A stretch of DNA of 64,000 nucleotides. Origin: Acidobacteriota bacterium (GTDB lineage Bacteria; Acidobacteriota; Thermoanaerobaculia; Gp7-AA8). A program made the position numbers and the translations under genes. The DNA lies in the NCBI GenBank assembly GCA_039931435.1, contig JBDTRY010000001.1, positions 11,084 to 75,083 of the forward strand. The letters are read 5' to 3'. Under the pieces are notes generated by a model that ran no database searches, had not been told where the DNA came from, and saw nothing but the letters and a program-made list of their open reading frames with translations. Shown here one piece after another: positions 10,469-25,400 of the stretch (position 1 is its first letter; the number at the start of each line of letters is the position of its first letter).

Positions 10469-13400
10469 TCACGGCGCTGTGAGCGTAAAAATCTGCTCCT
10501 CGGTGGCAACGTAGATCGTGTTCAGGAACACCTCCACATCGACTGCATTGCCGGGCGTTTTCTGTGTGCCCAGCAGGAGAGGGTTTTGACGGTTCGTGAT
10601 GTCCAGAAAGGCCAGGCCGGAGGAACCACTTGCGACCAGCAGTTGATTGCCGGCGGTGACGGCCATGCCGCTGCCAGCCCCAGGCAATGGAACCAGCTTC
10701 ACGAATTGCGGGTCTGCCGGATCACTGAGGTCGACCACGGCCAGCGCGTTCGCATACTCGTAGTAATCGCCGGTGGCGTAGAGCGTCGTGCCATCAATGA
10801 AGCCGTTCACTGCATCGAAGTCCGGAATATCCAGCCTGCCCACAACAGACAACGCCGCAGGGTCCCGCCGGTCGATGACCGTGACATCCTGGACCACACC
10901 AGCCACCACGTCCGCGGAGATGGCCACGAGGTAATCGCTGCCCAGCAGTTTCAGGGACTGAACCCGCGGGAGTGAGGAAAGGGTGGAGACAAAACTCAGC
11001 GATGGCAGAGCGGAAATGTCGTAGACACTGATGCCCTCTCCCTCGGCTGTCGTAAATGCGTACGTGGAGTCCAGAGCCAGAGCGACGGTGGCCTCCTGGC
11101 TGGAGCTGGTCACCGGCGTTGGGTTCGGCTGCGAAAGATCGATTGCCGTCAGACCAGTGCCGGTGGCCAGAAGCCAATGGCCATTCAGAGCAACATCGCT
11201 AATCCACAAGCCCTCGTCCAGAACAGGGATCAGCCGGGAGGGAGTGACGGGCGTTACCTGCGAATCGAAGGCGAGCACCTGGTTCGAGCCATCACTGGCA
11301 AAGAAACTGAAGCCGCCGGAAAGAACGAGGTGTTGGGCATCGATTGCCAGCCGGCGGCCGATGAAGCTCGTGTCTCCGTCCGTATCGGTTGCAGTGATCC
11401 GACGCGTCGCCGTGCTGCTCGCGAATGGGACGGTTCCGATGATTCGTGTATTGGATTTGCCCGCACCATCCGTGGCCGTGAGCAGGATCGACTCCCCCGG
11501 GTCGGCGATGAGCGTCATCGTTAACGAGCCGTCGGCCGGTACGGATGCGGAAGCAGTCGTCCCGGAGCGGCTGGCCTGCACAGCGACGACGAGTGGTGGC
11601 TTCCCGCTGATCGATCCTGGTGCGCCTGTGACCGAAGCATTGCTGCCTGTACGGTCAATGACGATGGCACTGGGGTCTACGATGGGCGGGGCCGTGGACG
11701 TGTAGGAACGCAGTTCCGAATCCGCAGCAACATACAGGGTTCCACGATGCAGAAGTACGTCCCACGCGACCGAAGCAGTGGGCTCGAGAGAAATCGATCG
11801 CGGCGCGGCGAGATTGCTGACGTCCAACATCTCCGTGCCTCCGCTCTCCGCCACGACCGCCCGGGAACCGGCGAGATCGACTCCCCGGGCGCTTCCGGAG
11901 GTCGTGACGGCTCCGATCAACCGCGGGTTGGCCGGGTCGGTGAGGTCGACCGTACCCAATCGACCATCGGTTCCGGTGATAAAGAGAGTTGACCCTACGA
12001 TGCGACCGCGGAAGGCGCGCAGTCCGGGGATGCCCAAGGTGCTTATGACCCAGGGATAATCCGGATCGCGACGATCCATGATCAGGACGTCGTGGTCCCC
12101 CGAGACGTCCTCGGTGGCACTCAGGCCCACCAGATAATCATCGCCGTAGGGCAGTAGAGCGGTGATGGAGACAGCACTTGGATAGAGGAGATCCTCGAAC
12201 AGCCTCCTCGGCTCGGAAGGATCCGATACGTCCCAGACGTCGAGGTATGTACCCGAGGTAGTCTTCCACGAACCATAGAGATAGGTGCCCGCCAGGGCTA
12301 TAGCCTCGGTGGGTGCGGTCGTGGTGAGCGCATGAACGGACGGCGTACTTTGATCGAGTGCAAACGTACTCAGCGCGTTGGAGGCTACGAAGGCCCACCC
12401 CTTCGCGGCGAGAACGTCGTTGACCGGCCCGTTGCCCGTGGAGACGGTGGTCACGTAGGCCGGAGCGCCGGGGTCATTCAGATCGAAGATCACAACCTTG
12501 TCCGATCCGCCCTCGCCGGCATCGTCATGGCTGGCAAGGAGAAGGCGATCGCCGTCAGCAGCGACTTGTCGAGCGCGGAAATTACTGTCACTGATGTCCG
12601 CGGTGACAGGCACGGATATGAACGGATCGGGTGGGGCACTCCCTACGACGACAGGCCCGAGACTGTTCACCCCGTCCGAAGCGGTGACGGCCATCGTTTC
12701 GCCGGTGAGGCCAGCGATCGAGGCGCTGAACGAACCGTCGGCGTTCACGGAAACCGGTCCGGCCGTGGTCGACGCGGACTGATTGGTGACGGTCGCCGAG
12801 ATCGATCCCGTGCCGGTGATGGATCCCGGAGAACCCGTCAGGACAACAACGCCCGCAGAGGACTTCGTCAGGGCGATCGCGCTCGCCAGAATGTTCAGGT
12901 CAGCGGAGAAGGCGGGGACCGTTCCGATGGTCACCGGCCCGCGGGACAGACCTCCGCGATCGGAGGCCAGCAGGGTCAGGGTGTCGCCGGTGGCCGCGGT
13001 GATCGTCACGCCGAACGAGCCGTCGGCCGCAACCACTGTCGTCGCCGTGGCACCTGATTCCGCATCCATGACCTGAACGGCGAGCGGGGCTCTGCCCGTT
13101 ACGGTTTGGGCCGGGCCTGTAACCCGCGCCTCCGTTGCAGAAAGCGGCTGTATGGAAATCCCGCCAACTGCAATCGTGGGTGGCGACGGCGCATCGATGA
13201 AGACCAGTCCCTTGCCGTTCGCCACGTATACGCCTTCGGCAGTCCTCGCTGAATCCCAGGCATAGCCGTCGATGGCAGTCGTGGAAGTGATCAATGGTGT
13301 CGATGGATTGGATACATCGACAGTGACCAGCCCGGCGAATCCGCAGGCAATGGTCACGGTAGAGCCAGCAACTTCGAGCGTTTGACCGTTCGCCGGGAGA

Positions 13401-16400
13401 GTGACACGGCCTCGAACCACAGGGGTGGCTGGACTTGTGAGATCGACGACGATTAACTCCGCGGACGACTGATCGAGGAGATAAAGGAACGATCCGTTCA
13501 CCGTGCCTCTGGGCTCGAGAAGTTCGGGCAACGCCAGTTCGGCGACACTCGAGATAGCGTTGAGATCCCGGCGATCGAGGATTACGGCGCGGTCCACGAC
13601 CGGGCGATAAACGGATCGCCGCGTAAGAGCAACGAGGTGATCTGCGCCGAGAGGAATCAACTCCTCGATCACGGCATGGTTCAACCCGGTGCTGCTGGAG
13701 TAGCGCTTGATGAAAACCGGCGCAGCGGGGCTGGCCACGTTATAGACGGTGATATCGCCGTCGTATCCGCCGACGAACGCAATGTCTCCGGCGATGGCCA
13801 CGGCGTTCTGCGGATAGGAGCCACTCGACTGATTCGTCGCCGCTGTCGTCGACAACGAGCCCAGATTCACGGTGGACAGTCCACGATCGGCTATGAATGC
13901 CCAGTTTCCGGAGACTTTCACGTCGGAGATGACACCGTTCCCCACGGTGACCGTCCGCAGGTACGACGGGACGCTGGTCGAAGCATCGTAGAGAACGAGC
14001 TTGTCGGATCCGGCCGTGAGCGGAAACGATTCATCCGCGGCCACGAGGGTCGTCCCGGCCAGCTTGAGCGAACGTGGACCGTAGTTCGCATCGGAGACAC
14101 TCGCTGCAATCGGGAGCGCGGGCACGGCGGAGAATGGTCCGAGATCCAACGGACGGCCTCGCACCGCATTGCCATCAACGAGCGTAATCTCCAGCCGGTC
14201 GCCAGTAATGGCAGCGACCCCCACGGCGAAGGACCCATCTCCGGATACCATGGAAGTCCCAACGGCATTCGTTCGCGCATTGCGGAGTTCGACCTGCAGC
14301 GGCAACAGACCATGCGCTGCGCCCTGTTCGCCGCTCACCGCTGCCGCGGCAGACGAGGTCACGTGAATGAGTCCGTTCGCCAGTTCAGGTTCAAGGGCGA
14401 TCTCTTCGACCGTGGTCAGGCCTGTTTCGTGGGCGACAAACATCGCTCGTCCATCCGAAGCAATGTCCCAGGCCGGAGCACTGAGGGTCTGCGAGCCAAC
14501 GACAACCGGGTTGAACGGGTCGCTGATATTCAACTGCGTCAATCCCGCGGAACCGTCTGCAATCCACAGCGTCTGCTGCTGGGCCACGACAGCGTGCGGG
14601 CTTCCGCCGGGCGTCTCCACCAGGACTCTGAGCACCGGCGCATTGACGTCGGAGAGATCGATTACGGCCAGCTTGCCGTCAAGCCCTGCAGCGTAGAGCG
14701 CGTTCCCGGTCACCGCTCCGCGAAATGCACTGAAGAGCGGAATGCTCAACGCGCCGGTCTTCTTCAGATGTCCAGGATCGCGACGATCGAAGATGACGAC
14801 ATCGACGTCGCCTCCCCAGTACTCATCCGGATCGAGGCCGATCAGGTAGTCGGAACCGTAGGGAAGGAGCTGCGTGTAGATGCCTTCGGAGAATCCGGAC
14901 TGATCCTTCAGGAAGCGCGGCGACGAGGGATTCGAAATGTCATAGAGCCGGATGCGGCCGTCGTACTCACCGCCGGGAGCGGTGAAGGCGAACTCGCCCT
15001 GAACGAGAATTGCGCCATCCAGAAAAAGATCTCCCGTGCCAGGAGGCTGGCGCAGAACGGACGCCGGATCCCTGAGGTCGATCGTTTCCAGACCGTAGGA
15101 ATCGCCAATCAGTGCCCAGCCGTCCTTCAATGCCAGTGCGTACACGTTGGGTGGGATTGGAACTGAACGCTTGAGAACCGGACGGGAAGGATCGGAAATA
15201 TCAAAGTGCAGAATGCGATCGGGCGTGGACTGCTCGTCGGCCCAGTCCGTGTCGGAGACGATGAGGTCATTTCCTTCGACGGCCATGGCCCGGGCCCGGA
15301 ATCCCGTGGCCAGGACCGCAGGGTCGAACGAGTTGGAGAACGTTGCACCGAACGGTAGGCGTCCGACGCTCACCGGCCCGGCAGTTTTTCCACCGCCGTC
15401 CAGAACCTCGATGGTCAACTCGTCGCCCGGGCTGGCCGGCAGCGAACCGGCGAACGAGCCGTCGGAATTGACGGCGAGGCCGCTCAGAACTGAACCGCGT
15501 GCCGGATCGCGAAGAGTGACCTGCAGGGAAACCAGACCACGAATGGCTCCGGCCGTTCCGGTGACGGTTCCGTTTGCTCCGGAACGGTTCACAGAGATGG
15601 CGGCGAGATCGATGACAGGCGCAGTGCGCACGGGCACGATGGCCAGACCGGATTCATCGGCGACGAAGGCAAAATTTGCCGTGAGAGCCACGTCCACTGC
15701 GGGACCGGGCAGCGCGATGTATCCACGGACGCTCGACGCGAGCGGCTGCGATAGATCGAGCGTGACCAGCCCGCTCGTTCCGTCCGCGGCGAAGGCGTCC
15801 GTTTCGATCGAGGCGATGTTCCCGGCCGGCGCAAGCAGGGGCGCTCGGGCTGTGACCGCAGGCGCCGCCGGATCGCTCAGGTCGACGGAAACGACCTCGG
15901 CATTCGCGGAGCTGACCAGGAACAGAGTGCGGCCATGGATCGTGCCGGCTGCAGCATCGAAGGAAGGCACGTCGAGATCGGCAATCTTTCGAGGACTGCT
16001 CTCGTCCGCGAAATCAAAAACGACGACGTCGTGGCCCTGTCCGCCGGACTGTTCGGGCGAGATGGCCACGATGAAACGGGAGTCCAGGGCCACGAGGCTG
16101 CGGAAGTTCATGGGCGGGCTGAGGACGCCGTTGACTCCGCCGAGAAGCTGAAGAGCAGCGGGATCGCGGACATCAAGGACTGCAATTCCGGAGTTGGCGG
16201 CCACGTAGAGACGATCCCCGGCAGCGAGCATCGTCTCAGCGGTTGAGAACCGCGCCGAGGGGGAATTCGTGAACGTCCCGTCGGCGGGCCGGATTGAAAA
16301 GACGCGCGCCCCGACACTGTCACTGGTTGTCAGGGCAAGGACGTCTCCACTGGCGACGGTCACCGATCGAACCGGGTCAGGCAGAATCGTCGCGCGAAGC

Positions 16401-19400
16401 AGGGTAGGAACAGCGGGGTTGCTGCTATCGAGAATGGCGACGACCGGAGAGACACCGTCGGTGGCACTGGCAGGGTAGGAGGAGACAGCGATGACACTTC
16501 CATCATTAGCCACGCGGCGCGCCCTGAACGCTGCATCACTGGTCCAGGTGGACTTCTCGATCTGGGTGGTGCCGGTCTCCAGAGCCAGCGTTCCAACGAC
16601 AACGCGTGCCGAATCCAGAGGGAGCGGATTGGAATCCCGGGCGATGAGGGAGATCGTGTCACCGCTCTGGCCGTCCACGACGACGGCAAACGAACCGTCT
16701 ACGTTGGCTTGTGCAGAGTAGAGAGAGGATGTGCGGTCGTTCCTGGCAATAAGAAGAATGGGCAGATCGGGATCTGTGACCGCACCAGGATCTCCGATGA
16801 TCGAGAGGCCGGCCAGAGTGATCCTCGCTGCATCGAGTGCCGGTGCGCCGGCGTTTCCGGTGATCGTGCCCACATCGAGGAAAGCCGTCTCCAGCGGATA
16901 CGGATGCGAGTCGAGAGCCTTGATGGCCACGACATCGCCCCCCTGGCCAGTGACCGGAATGCTGAACGAACCATCCGCACCGGCAGTCCCGGTGAAGGTC
17001 TGGTCCGTGCGGTTGTTGCGCACGGTGATGGCCAGCGGCTGGTCCGGATCGAGAACGGCACCGGCGAGGCCCACGAGCGAATAGCCGCTGACGTTCCCGA
17101 CGAGGGAGATCTTCGTCGTGTCGACGAGAGGAGCGCCGGTGTTGGCACTGACCAGCGTGGAAGCGGAGTCCTTGTCGATCGTGGACGAACTCTCGAAGTA
17201 ATCGTTGGTCAGGACGTGAGCGTTGCGCAAAACGACCGAGTCGAAACGATCGAGGCCACGGAAGGGAGCGCCGACGGTGGCGCTCAGAGAATTCGCAGAA
17301 ACATCTACCGTGATCGTCTCCGTGTCATTGGCAAGTACAGGCCAGGTAACGCTTCGATCGCCGCCGACGACGAGCCGCAGTCCCTTGAGATGGTCCGGCC
17401 CGAGGAAACTGGCGCCGGTGGTGTGGACCGAATTCGAGGTGAGGGAGTCTGCCTGCCGCGAATCGATCATGACCAGATCGGTGGTCATCGTCGAAAGCGA
17501 TGAGTTAGAAACGATAAGGGAACCGTACGGCGCGGCCGTCGGCTTGAAGTAGATGGTTCCCGCCGCGCCACGCCTGGCGTCATTGGACTCCGTGTTATCG
17601 CCGCCCGACGCGGTGATATTGCTACCGGCGAGTGTCGAGGACGTGAATCGCAGGGCGACCCTCCCCCCTCCTCCGCCGGTGCCGCGCTGCAAGGATCCCT
17701 CCGGATGCACCCCCCGCCCTCCATCGGCATGAATCTGTCCGCTCCCGGACAGAGTCAGGGCGCGGATATTCACACTTCCACCGGCACCGGCTCCGTACGC
17801 GCTGTCCGCCCCGTTTGCTCGAACGAGGCCATCAAGAACAAAGCGGTTCGAATCGAACATGACCACACCGCCACCGCCACCGCAGCTTGTGCAATCACCT
17901 TCCCCGCCGGCAGCGCCGGGAGTATCGGGATCGAACAGCGATCCGAACGTGAACCCTCCGCCCGCGCCACCCCGCCCTCCGTGACTGCCGCCCACGCCCT
18001 GGGGGCTGCCACCAGCGAGGCTGCCTGGCCATGTACGTCCCACCCCTCCGACAGAATCGGAAAATCCGCGGCGGGACGCGTCCACGACTCCATTGCAGGA
18101 GACGAAGACATTGTCCGCGGTGACCTGCAGACGTTTGATCAGAGAGATCTGGGTAGGCGGATGCGTAACCGCGGCGCCGTCGAGAACCACGAAGTTGGTG
18201 AAGGAGTGCGGACCGTCGATCGTTGCCGTGCCACCCTGCACGATCAAAGTCTGGTTGTCCCAGGAGAGATCCGAGGCCGAAATCGTGGTGTCGTTGCCAA
18301 TCGTGCGGCCGGCCACAACGGTGATTGTTGACGTCGCTTCTTCCTCGAGGCCTGCAACGTTCGTGGCGTGGGCGTGAACGGTAACAACCGTCCCGGCAGG
18401 CGCATCCACCGGAATCGTGTACGTACCCTCGAACTGGCCGGAAGCTCCGGGAACAGGCGTGGCAGGGATGGCATCGGGCACGCCATCGACGAAAAACTCG
18501 ATCGTCTGCACCGGATTGGAAGTGTTCCCCGCGCTGTTCCCGATCGCGGAGATACGCAGGCGCATGGCATAGCCGGCGGGTGCCCTGGCTCCGTCGGAGC
18601 CGCACAGCCACGTGACGACCGGCGCCTTCGCATCGACCAGCGGCTGAATCAGCAATGCGATGGACTTTGTGGTGACGTTCGGCACGTAGTCACTGGCCAC
18701 GACCGTGAGCGACTTCGATACCGGATCGGTCCCATCGACGAAGGGCACCGGGATGTCCGCGGTGAAATCCGTGGCGTTGATCGAGGTCATGACCACCGGA
18801 GGCGTCCCCTCAAGCTCCGCGGTGACACTCTTCAGGCCCACTTCAGAATCCGTTGCCCGTACACGAACCTGGATCTTGTTTCCGGCTCCCTCTTCGAATA
18901 GCGCATCGTTCGCCGGACTGAGGATCGTCAGCGCTGGCGCTCCACTGTCTTCGAGGATGGCGAGCTGGGAAGTCACGTCCGCGCTGCTCTGCCCCGTGGA
19001 GTCGGTGACGTGGGCAGTGAAGGTTGCTTGAGACGGGCCCTTCAAAGCGGGCGGGAGGTCGAAATCGATCTCCGCCGCGGGCCAGGGATCGCCGGCGGTA
19101 TCGCGGCGCACTTCGACCGACTTCGAGGCCGCGTACGTGCTGCCGTCCGACTGCGTCCCGGCAACATTCACCTGAACGCTAACGAGGACGCCTTCATCGG
19201 CAAAGCGGACCTGGGCGTGCACCCGTTTCCCGGCGTAACTTTCAGTCGAGGGAGTGAGGATGACGCTCACATTGTCCGGGACATTGTCCTGAACGACACT
19301 CCAGGTGATCTCTGAGGGATCGCTCACGTTCAGCGACAGGTCAGTGGCGATGGCGCGCAGAGTGAGCGTCCCTTCGCCCGGCAGAGTGGGGGCCACGAAC

Positions 19401-22400
19401 TGATAGGCGAAGGGAGTGGCCGTCACCGCTGTGAGGAATGTGGCCGCCCCTCCCTCGACGAGGTAGTAGTCCACTCTGGCCACATCCAGGGCGGGAGATC
19501 CGACGGCGGTTCCGTTGCGAAGGTCGACGGCGAGCGTGTACTGCGTGCCGGCAATCAGCGGCTGTCCCGCGGACACAGGTGAGTTGAGGATGACGAACGG
19601 TCTCGTGGTATCCCGGGAGAAGAAGTGGAAGGTCTGCGTGTCCAGAGTATTGCCGGACAGATCGCGGACGCCGGAGAACACGACCCTGTAGAACGACTCC
19701 TGCTGCAGCGGATTATCCGGCGCGAAAAATAGCGATACGTTGTTGTTGGCAACGAAGACGCGGCCGCTGATCTCTTCGACCACGTTGCCGGCCACTCCCG
19801 CGGCGTCCAGCCGGTAGAGGTGGAACGCTCCCGCGCCGCCGCTCTGGAATGGTGCCGGATCGATGGCTTTGCTGAACTGGAACTCGAACGTCGTCGCTGG
19901 TTGCAGCGGCGTGGATGTGGAAGGAATGACTTTCACCACTCGCGGCTCGATGTAATCCGTGGTGATGAAGCTTGCCCCCGCTGCTGCTGCCAGCAGATGT
20001 CCGGAGAGATCCATGAGCTGTCCGGAGACAATCACGCGATAGAGCGTGTTGCTGCGAAGCGGGAATCGTTGGCCGGATGGCGGCGGAGGAGGAATGAGTG
20101 TGACGCGCTGCGAGCCGTCAGGAAGATTTTCGGTGTTGATCACGGTACTCACCGCTACGGAACCGTCAGCGGGAACGAGTTGCAGGCTGCTGCCGTTGAT
20201 CTGGTCGGGCCGGATCGCCTCGCTGAAGAGGATGACCACGGAACTGTCCGGCGAGACATTCGTCGAGCCGTCCGCGGGAGTGATGCTCAGTACTCGCGGC
20301 GCGGTGGAATCGAGTTTCACCGGTGGCGCTTCCAACGTGCGCTGGCCGCCGCCGATGCTCACGGTCTGCTGTGCGCCGATGGTGACGTCGTCCGCTCCGA
20401 GGTAGGTGAGGGTCACCAGAGTTCCCCCGGCAGGAACGGGAATCCCGGCGAGGGCGAACCGCCCGCTGGCCGTCGTCAGTGTTTCGACCACGATTCCAAA
20501 GCTGGCGATGACTCGCGTCCCGGAAGATGGGCCTCCTGCTTCCGCTTCCACAGAACCGCTGAGCGTGCCGTAGGAACCAAGTTCGATGGACAGCGTTGCG
20601 GGATTGGATTGGCTGGCCAACGTTCCGCTTGCCAGTCCGTTCAATCCGCCATCGAAGGATACGGCCTGCGCCGAGACGTTCCCCAGAGGCATGCCGGCAA
20701 CCGTCACGGTGCCGGACGGATCGGTGTATGCCTCGCGGACTCGACCCCCTCCGCTGACCGTCACGCGGGCACCGGCGGCCGGTGCACCTCCCTGGGTTAC
20801 GCGCACCTGCACCAATCCGAATGCGGGCAGAACGACCCGCAGCGGATCGACGGGGGATCCACGCGGAAAGACGCCGTTGTATCCGACCGTCCGCTCTGCG
20901 CCGCCGATCTCACGAGCAACGAGGGCATAAGGCTCCCGTTCGAGCATCCCCGGGATGCGCACGTCGTTGCCCTGAATTTCACGAGTCTGCTGGCAGACCG
21001 TCTGGAAGGAGACGATGGTGCAGAGCTGGCTGACATTGATCTGCACGAGGGGGGCGAGAACGCCCGAGTTGCCTCCGGCATCGTCCGGAAGAAAAACGCT
21101 GGCGTAGAGAGTCTGCGTAGGCTCGAGCTCCAGATTGACGAAGGGCCGCGGGTTTGACTGGGACAGAGAGGATGTGGCGGAAGCCCGCCGGTTCGACAGC
21201 GTGTCGCGTGCCGAGAGTGCGAATGTCCCCTCCCGCACACCCTCGAAGCTGAACGAGCCGGTCGCGTCAGTCGAAGCACGGGTCTGGAACGAACTGGCGG
21301 AGAGGGTGACCTGCGCTCCTGGAACACCGGCGCCTGCAGCCTCGGGATCGACCAACCTCCCGTCGACTCCGCCGCTGAATTGAAGAGTGATCGTCTGGTT
21401 TGCGCCCGCGCCGTTGACTACAGCGAATGGAGTCGTGGATCCGGATCGTCCGGCTGCCTTCGAGTAGGCCGAGGCAGTGTAGGTCCCGGCGGGAACGTCG
21501 AAGAACTTGGCAACTCCTGAGACATCGGATGACGTGAGATCGTAGGCCGCGCCTCCGCGCAGCAGAGTTACCTCGGCGTTCGATACCGGACCGTTGCCAT
21601 TGTTCGGATCGATGACGGTGATCGTCACCGGACCGAACCCTGCCGCGGCCACACCGATGAAAGCAGTGAGCTGCTCGCCCTCCACGGAAAGAGTCCCCGT
21701 CCAGTCTCCTCGCAGGTCGGGATTTGCAGGGTCGTAGGCCGTTGCCCGCAGCGGACCCTCGAAAAGATTGGCCACGGAGAATCGCCCCGAAGAATCCGCG
21801 CTCAGCGGATCGGCCGCGGTTCCGAAGTCGCGCGAGGGAAAGCCGATCTCCTTTACGAAGAACCGGGCAAGAGGAACAGGGGCGTTATCGCTGAGGTCCG
21901 CGGGAGTGTCATCGGGAATGGTCCTCGCCGGATCTGCGGGATCGGGTTTCAGATTGGCGAGGACGGCACGTCCTTCGATTCGCCCCTGCCGCCGCATGAC
22001 CACGCTCACATGTTCCACCGGTCCGCCCGCTGACGGAGTTGAGCCGTCTGCAAACCCCGTCCTGAAAATCGTGTTCTGCGTGGCTGTGGCGATCAACCGG
22101 AACGACCGTCCAGCGGACACGTTCTGAAACTCGAAGTGTCCATCGAGCGCCGTGGTCTGCGTTCCAAAGCTCTGGGCTCCGTCGTTGAGACTGATGCTCG
22201 CTCCGGCCACCGGCGTCACACCATCGATCTGATAGACCGTTCCGCTGACAGTGGAGAGCTTGTTCAATTGCAGAATGACGCTCTGCGCGTCACCATCGAA
22301 GGCCAGCTGCCCCAACGCTGAAGCGTACCCGTAAACGGGATGACTGCTCGTCACCACGTACTTCTGCAGTGCGGGAACTGCCGTGAAGGTCGCCGCTCCG

Positions 22401-25400
22401 GCCACGCCGTTCTCGGAAGTGGAACTCGTTCGATGCTTCGTAAGCGTCGACTGCTCGGCCTCGTCCCAGGCCTGATACGAGAGATCGACGTCACCGATGA
22501 CATCGATGTCCGCCCTGAGCGTGGCCCGGACGGTGCCCTGGCCAGGCAGACGCAATATCAGTGAAGCGATCTGTCCGGCGAAGGCAATCGAAGCAGTTCC
22601 GCTGGCGAACTGGTCGCCGTATGCTCCGCCCGGTCCCGGAGGAACCGCCCAGATCGTGGCTGAGCCGCCTGCGGGAACATTACGAAGCTCGTAGACTCCG
22701 GCCGCGGTGGCCTCGAGCAGCGTCGGCGGGAAGCCCGGCTGGAGAACACGGTAGCCGGCGACAGGAGAACCGGTCGCACTGAGGAGCCGCACGCGAATGG
22801 TTCCCGTCCCGTTGGAATTCCGGATGACGATGGGCAGCGAATTGGCGCGCGATGGATCGAGCGAGGGAACGGACACGGTAGCCGAGCGGCCTGTGCCAGG
22901 GTCGTAAGCGCGGACCTGCCTTCCGTTGAATGAGAGCGGAAGCGACGGAAATTCGTAGTGCCCGTTACCGTCGGCGACCGTGCTTCCCCCGTAATCGATG
23001 GCTACGATGGCGCCCGGCACGTTCTGATAACGGCTGAGGTCTCCGGGTGCCAGCGCATCCTCCCGCACGACATCTCCCTGCAGCGAAGCGGTGGCCGCCG
23101 CCGGATTGACGATCAGCGTGAGCGTCACATCACGGCTTTCGTCGGCGGCCAGGTCGAAATCCTGGACGGCGCTCTCCGGCGAGATCGTGAAGTCCGCGGC
23201 AAGGAGGCGAATGAGGCCGGCGGGCACGTTGGCAAAAACGAAGCGTCCGCCGGAATCAGCCGACGTTTCATTCACACCGTATCCCTGGCTGTAGAGACCT
23301 ACGCGCGCACCGGCCACTGCCATGCCGTTATCCGACCGCACCACCTGACCGCGGATAACTCCCACTCCCGGAAACGGCTGGCGGAAAATCGAGAGATCCT
23401 GATGGATGACCTCACCCGCGGATCGAATCTCGGCCGCGGCAAAACTGACGTTGCCCACGGCGTCGGTGGCACTGAAGGTAAGCGGCCCGGCGGGAAGATC
23501 TTCGACCGAATAGAAGCCAGTCTCGTCGGACGTGGTCTGCCGCAGTTGATCGAACATCGTGCTTCCCACCACGACCCGCGCGCCAGCGACCACACTTCCA
23601 TCATCGTAGTGTACGAAGCCCTCGGATCGGCCGCGGCCCAGGAAGACAAGGTTCACGAACTGCACACGCCCCGGCAGACGCACCGCGCCATCCAGCGACG
23701 TACGCCGTCCTGCAGTGCTCGTGGCACTCAGCGAATACGCTCCACTGAGACCGGCGTCCGGATTCCGAGGGACGAACTCGAACAGAAATGTTCCGTCGCT
23801 CTGTGTGATGTCGTACTGCACCCCTCCCCCGCTGTTCAGCTGCACCTCGGCATCGGCGATCGGTGAGTTGTCTGCGGCGAGCACCCTCCCGAACAGAATC
23901 CCCGCTGGCTGGTCGTTCTCCAGAACGGGAATCGAGGGATTGGTGAATGACACGGGCGATGCGGAGAGCGGGTCGAGCAGTGAGTCCACTGAAATCGCGT
24001 ATCGGCTGGGAGGATTGTCAGGAACGTTTCTGGAGAGAGCGTGATCGAAGCTGAGATTGATGATGCGGCCGTCCTCCTGCAACGCTGCCGAGGAGATCGG
24101 ACGGGAACCGTGGTACTGGACGCCATCAAACTGAAAGTCGAGGGTTGCGGCGAACTTGCTCAGGAGATCTTCTCCCGCGGGCACGGCCACAGGACGACTG
24201 AAAAGCACAGAGACAACGTGTCCCTGGCCATCCAGGTGAAGATCCTGATGGGCAGCAACCAGAGTCAGAGGAACTGGATTGACGGACTGAGAAGCGGCCG
24301 TGGCCACGAGGGCTCCGTCCGCATCGAGCAATCTCAGAGATCCGGCTCCGCGCACGAGGGAAAGATGAAGATCCCTTCCGCTTTCTCCATTGAAATCAAA
24401 GTGGGCGATGAGCGTCTGCCCATCAGCCGAGGCCGGAAAGACGACGTCGAGAGCCATGGGCCCGTTCAGGGCCGGAGTGACGACAAGCTCCAGATCTTCC
24501 GTCCAGCGGCCATCGACAGCGATTTCTCCCTGCCGCGATCCATCGCCGGCATTGACTGCAAGGATGTCCGCGAAGGGAAGTTCTCTGACCCAGCCTGCCG
24601 CACTTTCATTGGGCACATCGGCCCGCGCGCCCGAGCTCGCGCCTCGGATGGAGAGAGCATACGGGCGCGTCACGCCGCTGGCCGCTGGCCCGGACAGTGC
24701 GGCGAAAAGAAATGGAGATCGATGCGCCGTGAGGTTGGCGAACCTCTCGGCAATCGTCGAGAAATCGGGACCGGTTTGAAGTCCGGCAATCTCCAACTGA
24801 CGGCCGAGTGCGGCGCCGGCTGATCGTCCGGCGTCTTCCGCGCGACGGAGCTGATCCCATTCACGGAGTTCCGTCCTGTTGCCGAGGAGATCGAGCGTGA
24901 GATTGGCCCATGGATCGAGAGGCTCGGCACCGAGAAATACTCGTTGACCAGCGCGGGCGATATCCACGGCCCGCTGGAAGACATCCGTCTGAATGACCCG
25001 CGGAATGCTGGCCGTAGCCTGGGTGAGGGGCGAGGTGGCCACGCTGTAGCCCAGTCCGAGGAGCCCCATGTTGGCCTCGACGAATGATGAGTCGAGATAG
25101 CGGGCGTAGTAGGGAAGAACCAGCGTGGCCGGAGACAGAGGAATGCCGCTCTCGCTCACTCCCATGGTCAACTGCACCGCCGCCGCGAGGTTCTCACTGT
25201 CCACCGTTCCGGCGGTGGCGAAAACGCTTCCGGTCACCCCGGCACGAAGGTGGTAGAGGATCGACTTCGTCTCCCCTGCGGCGAGGGTGAGCTCGCTGGA
25301 CTGCGCACCATCGACCCGGCAGACATTCGCGCCGGGCGACTGGGCGCAGTCCGGGACAACATTGCCTACGCGAATGGTCTGCGATACGCCGCTGTGGTTG

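Noticed and set aside
2038-21157. Long plus-strand ORFs (for example 2038..3384, 6200..7537, 13637..15166, 19820..21157) and many 60-250-aa ORFs on both strands across 1-27 kb
   Set aside because: They are antisense or off-frame readings of the two giant minus-strand genes in high-GC DNA. Their translations are Arg/Ser/Pro-rich with no motifs, and the giant-gene frames are continuous.
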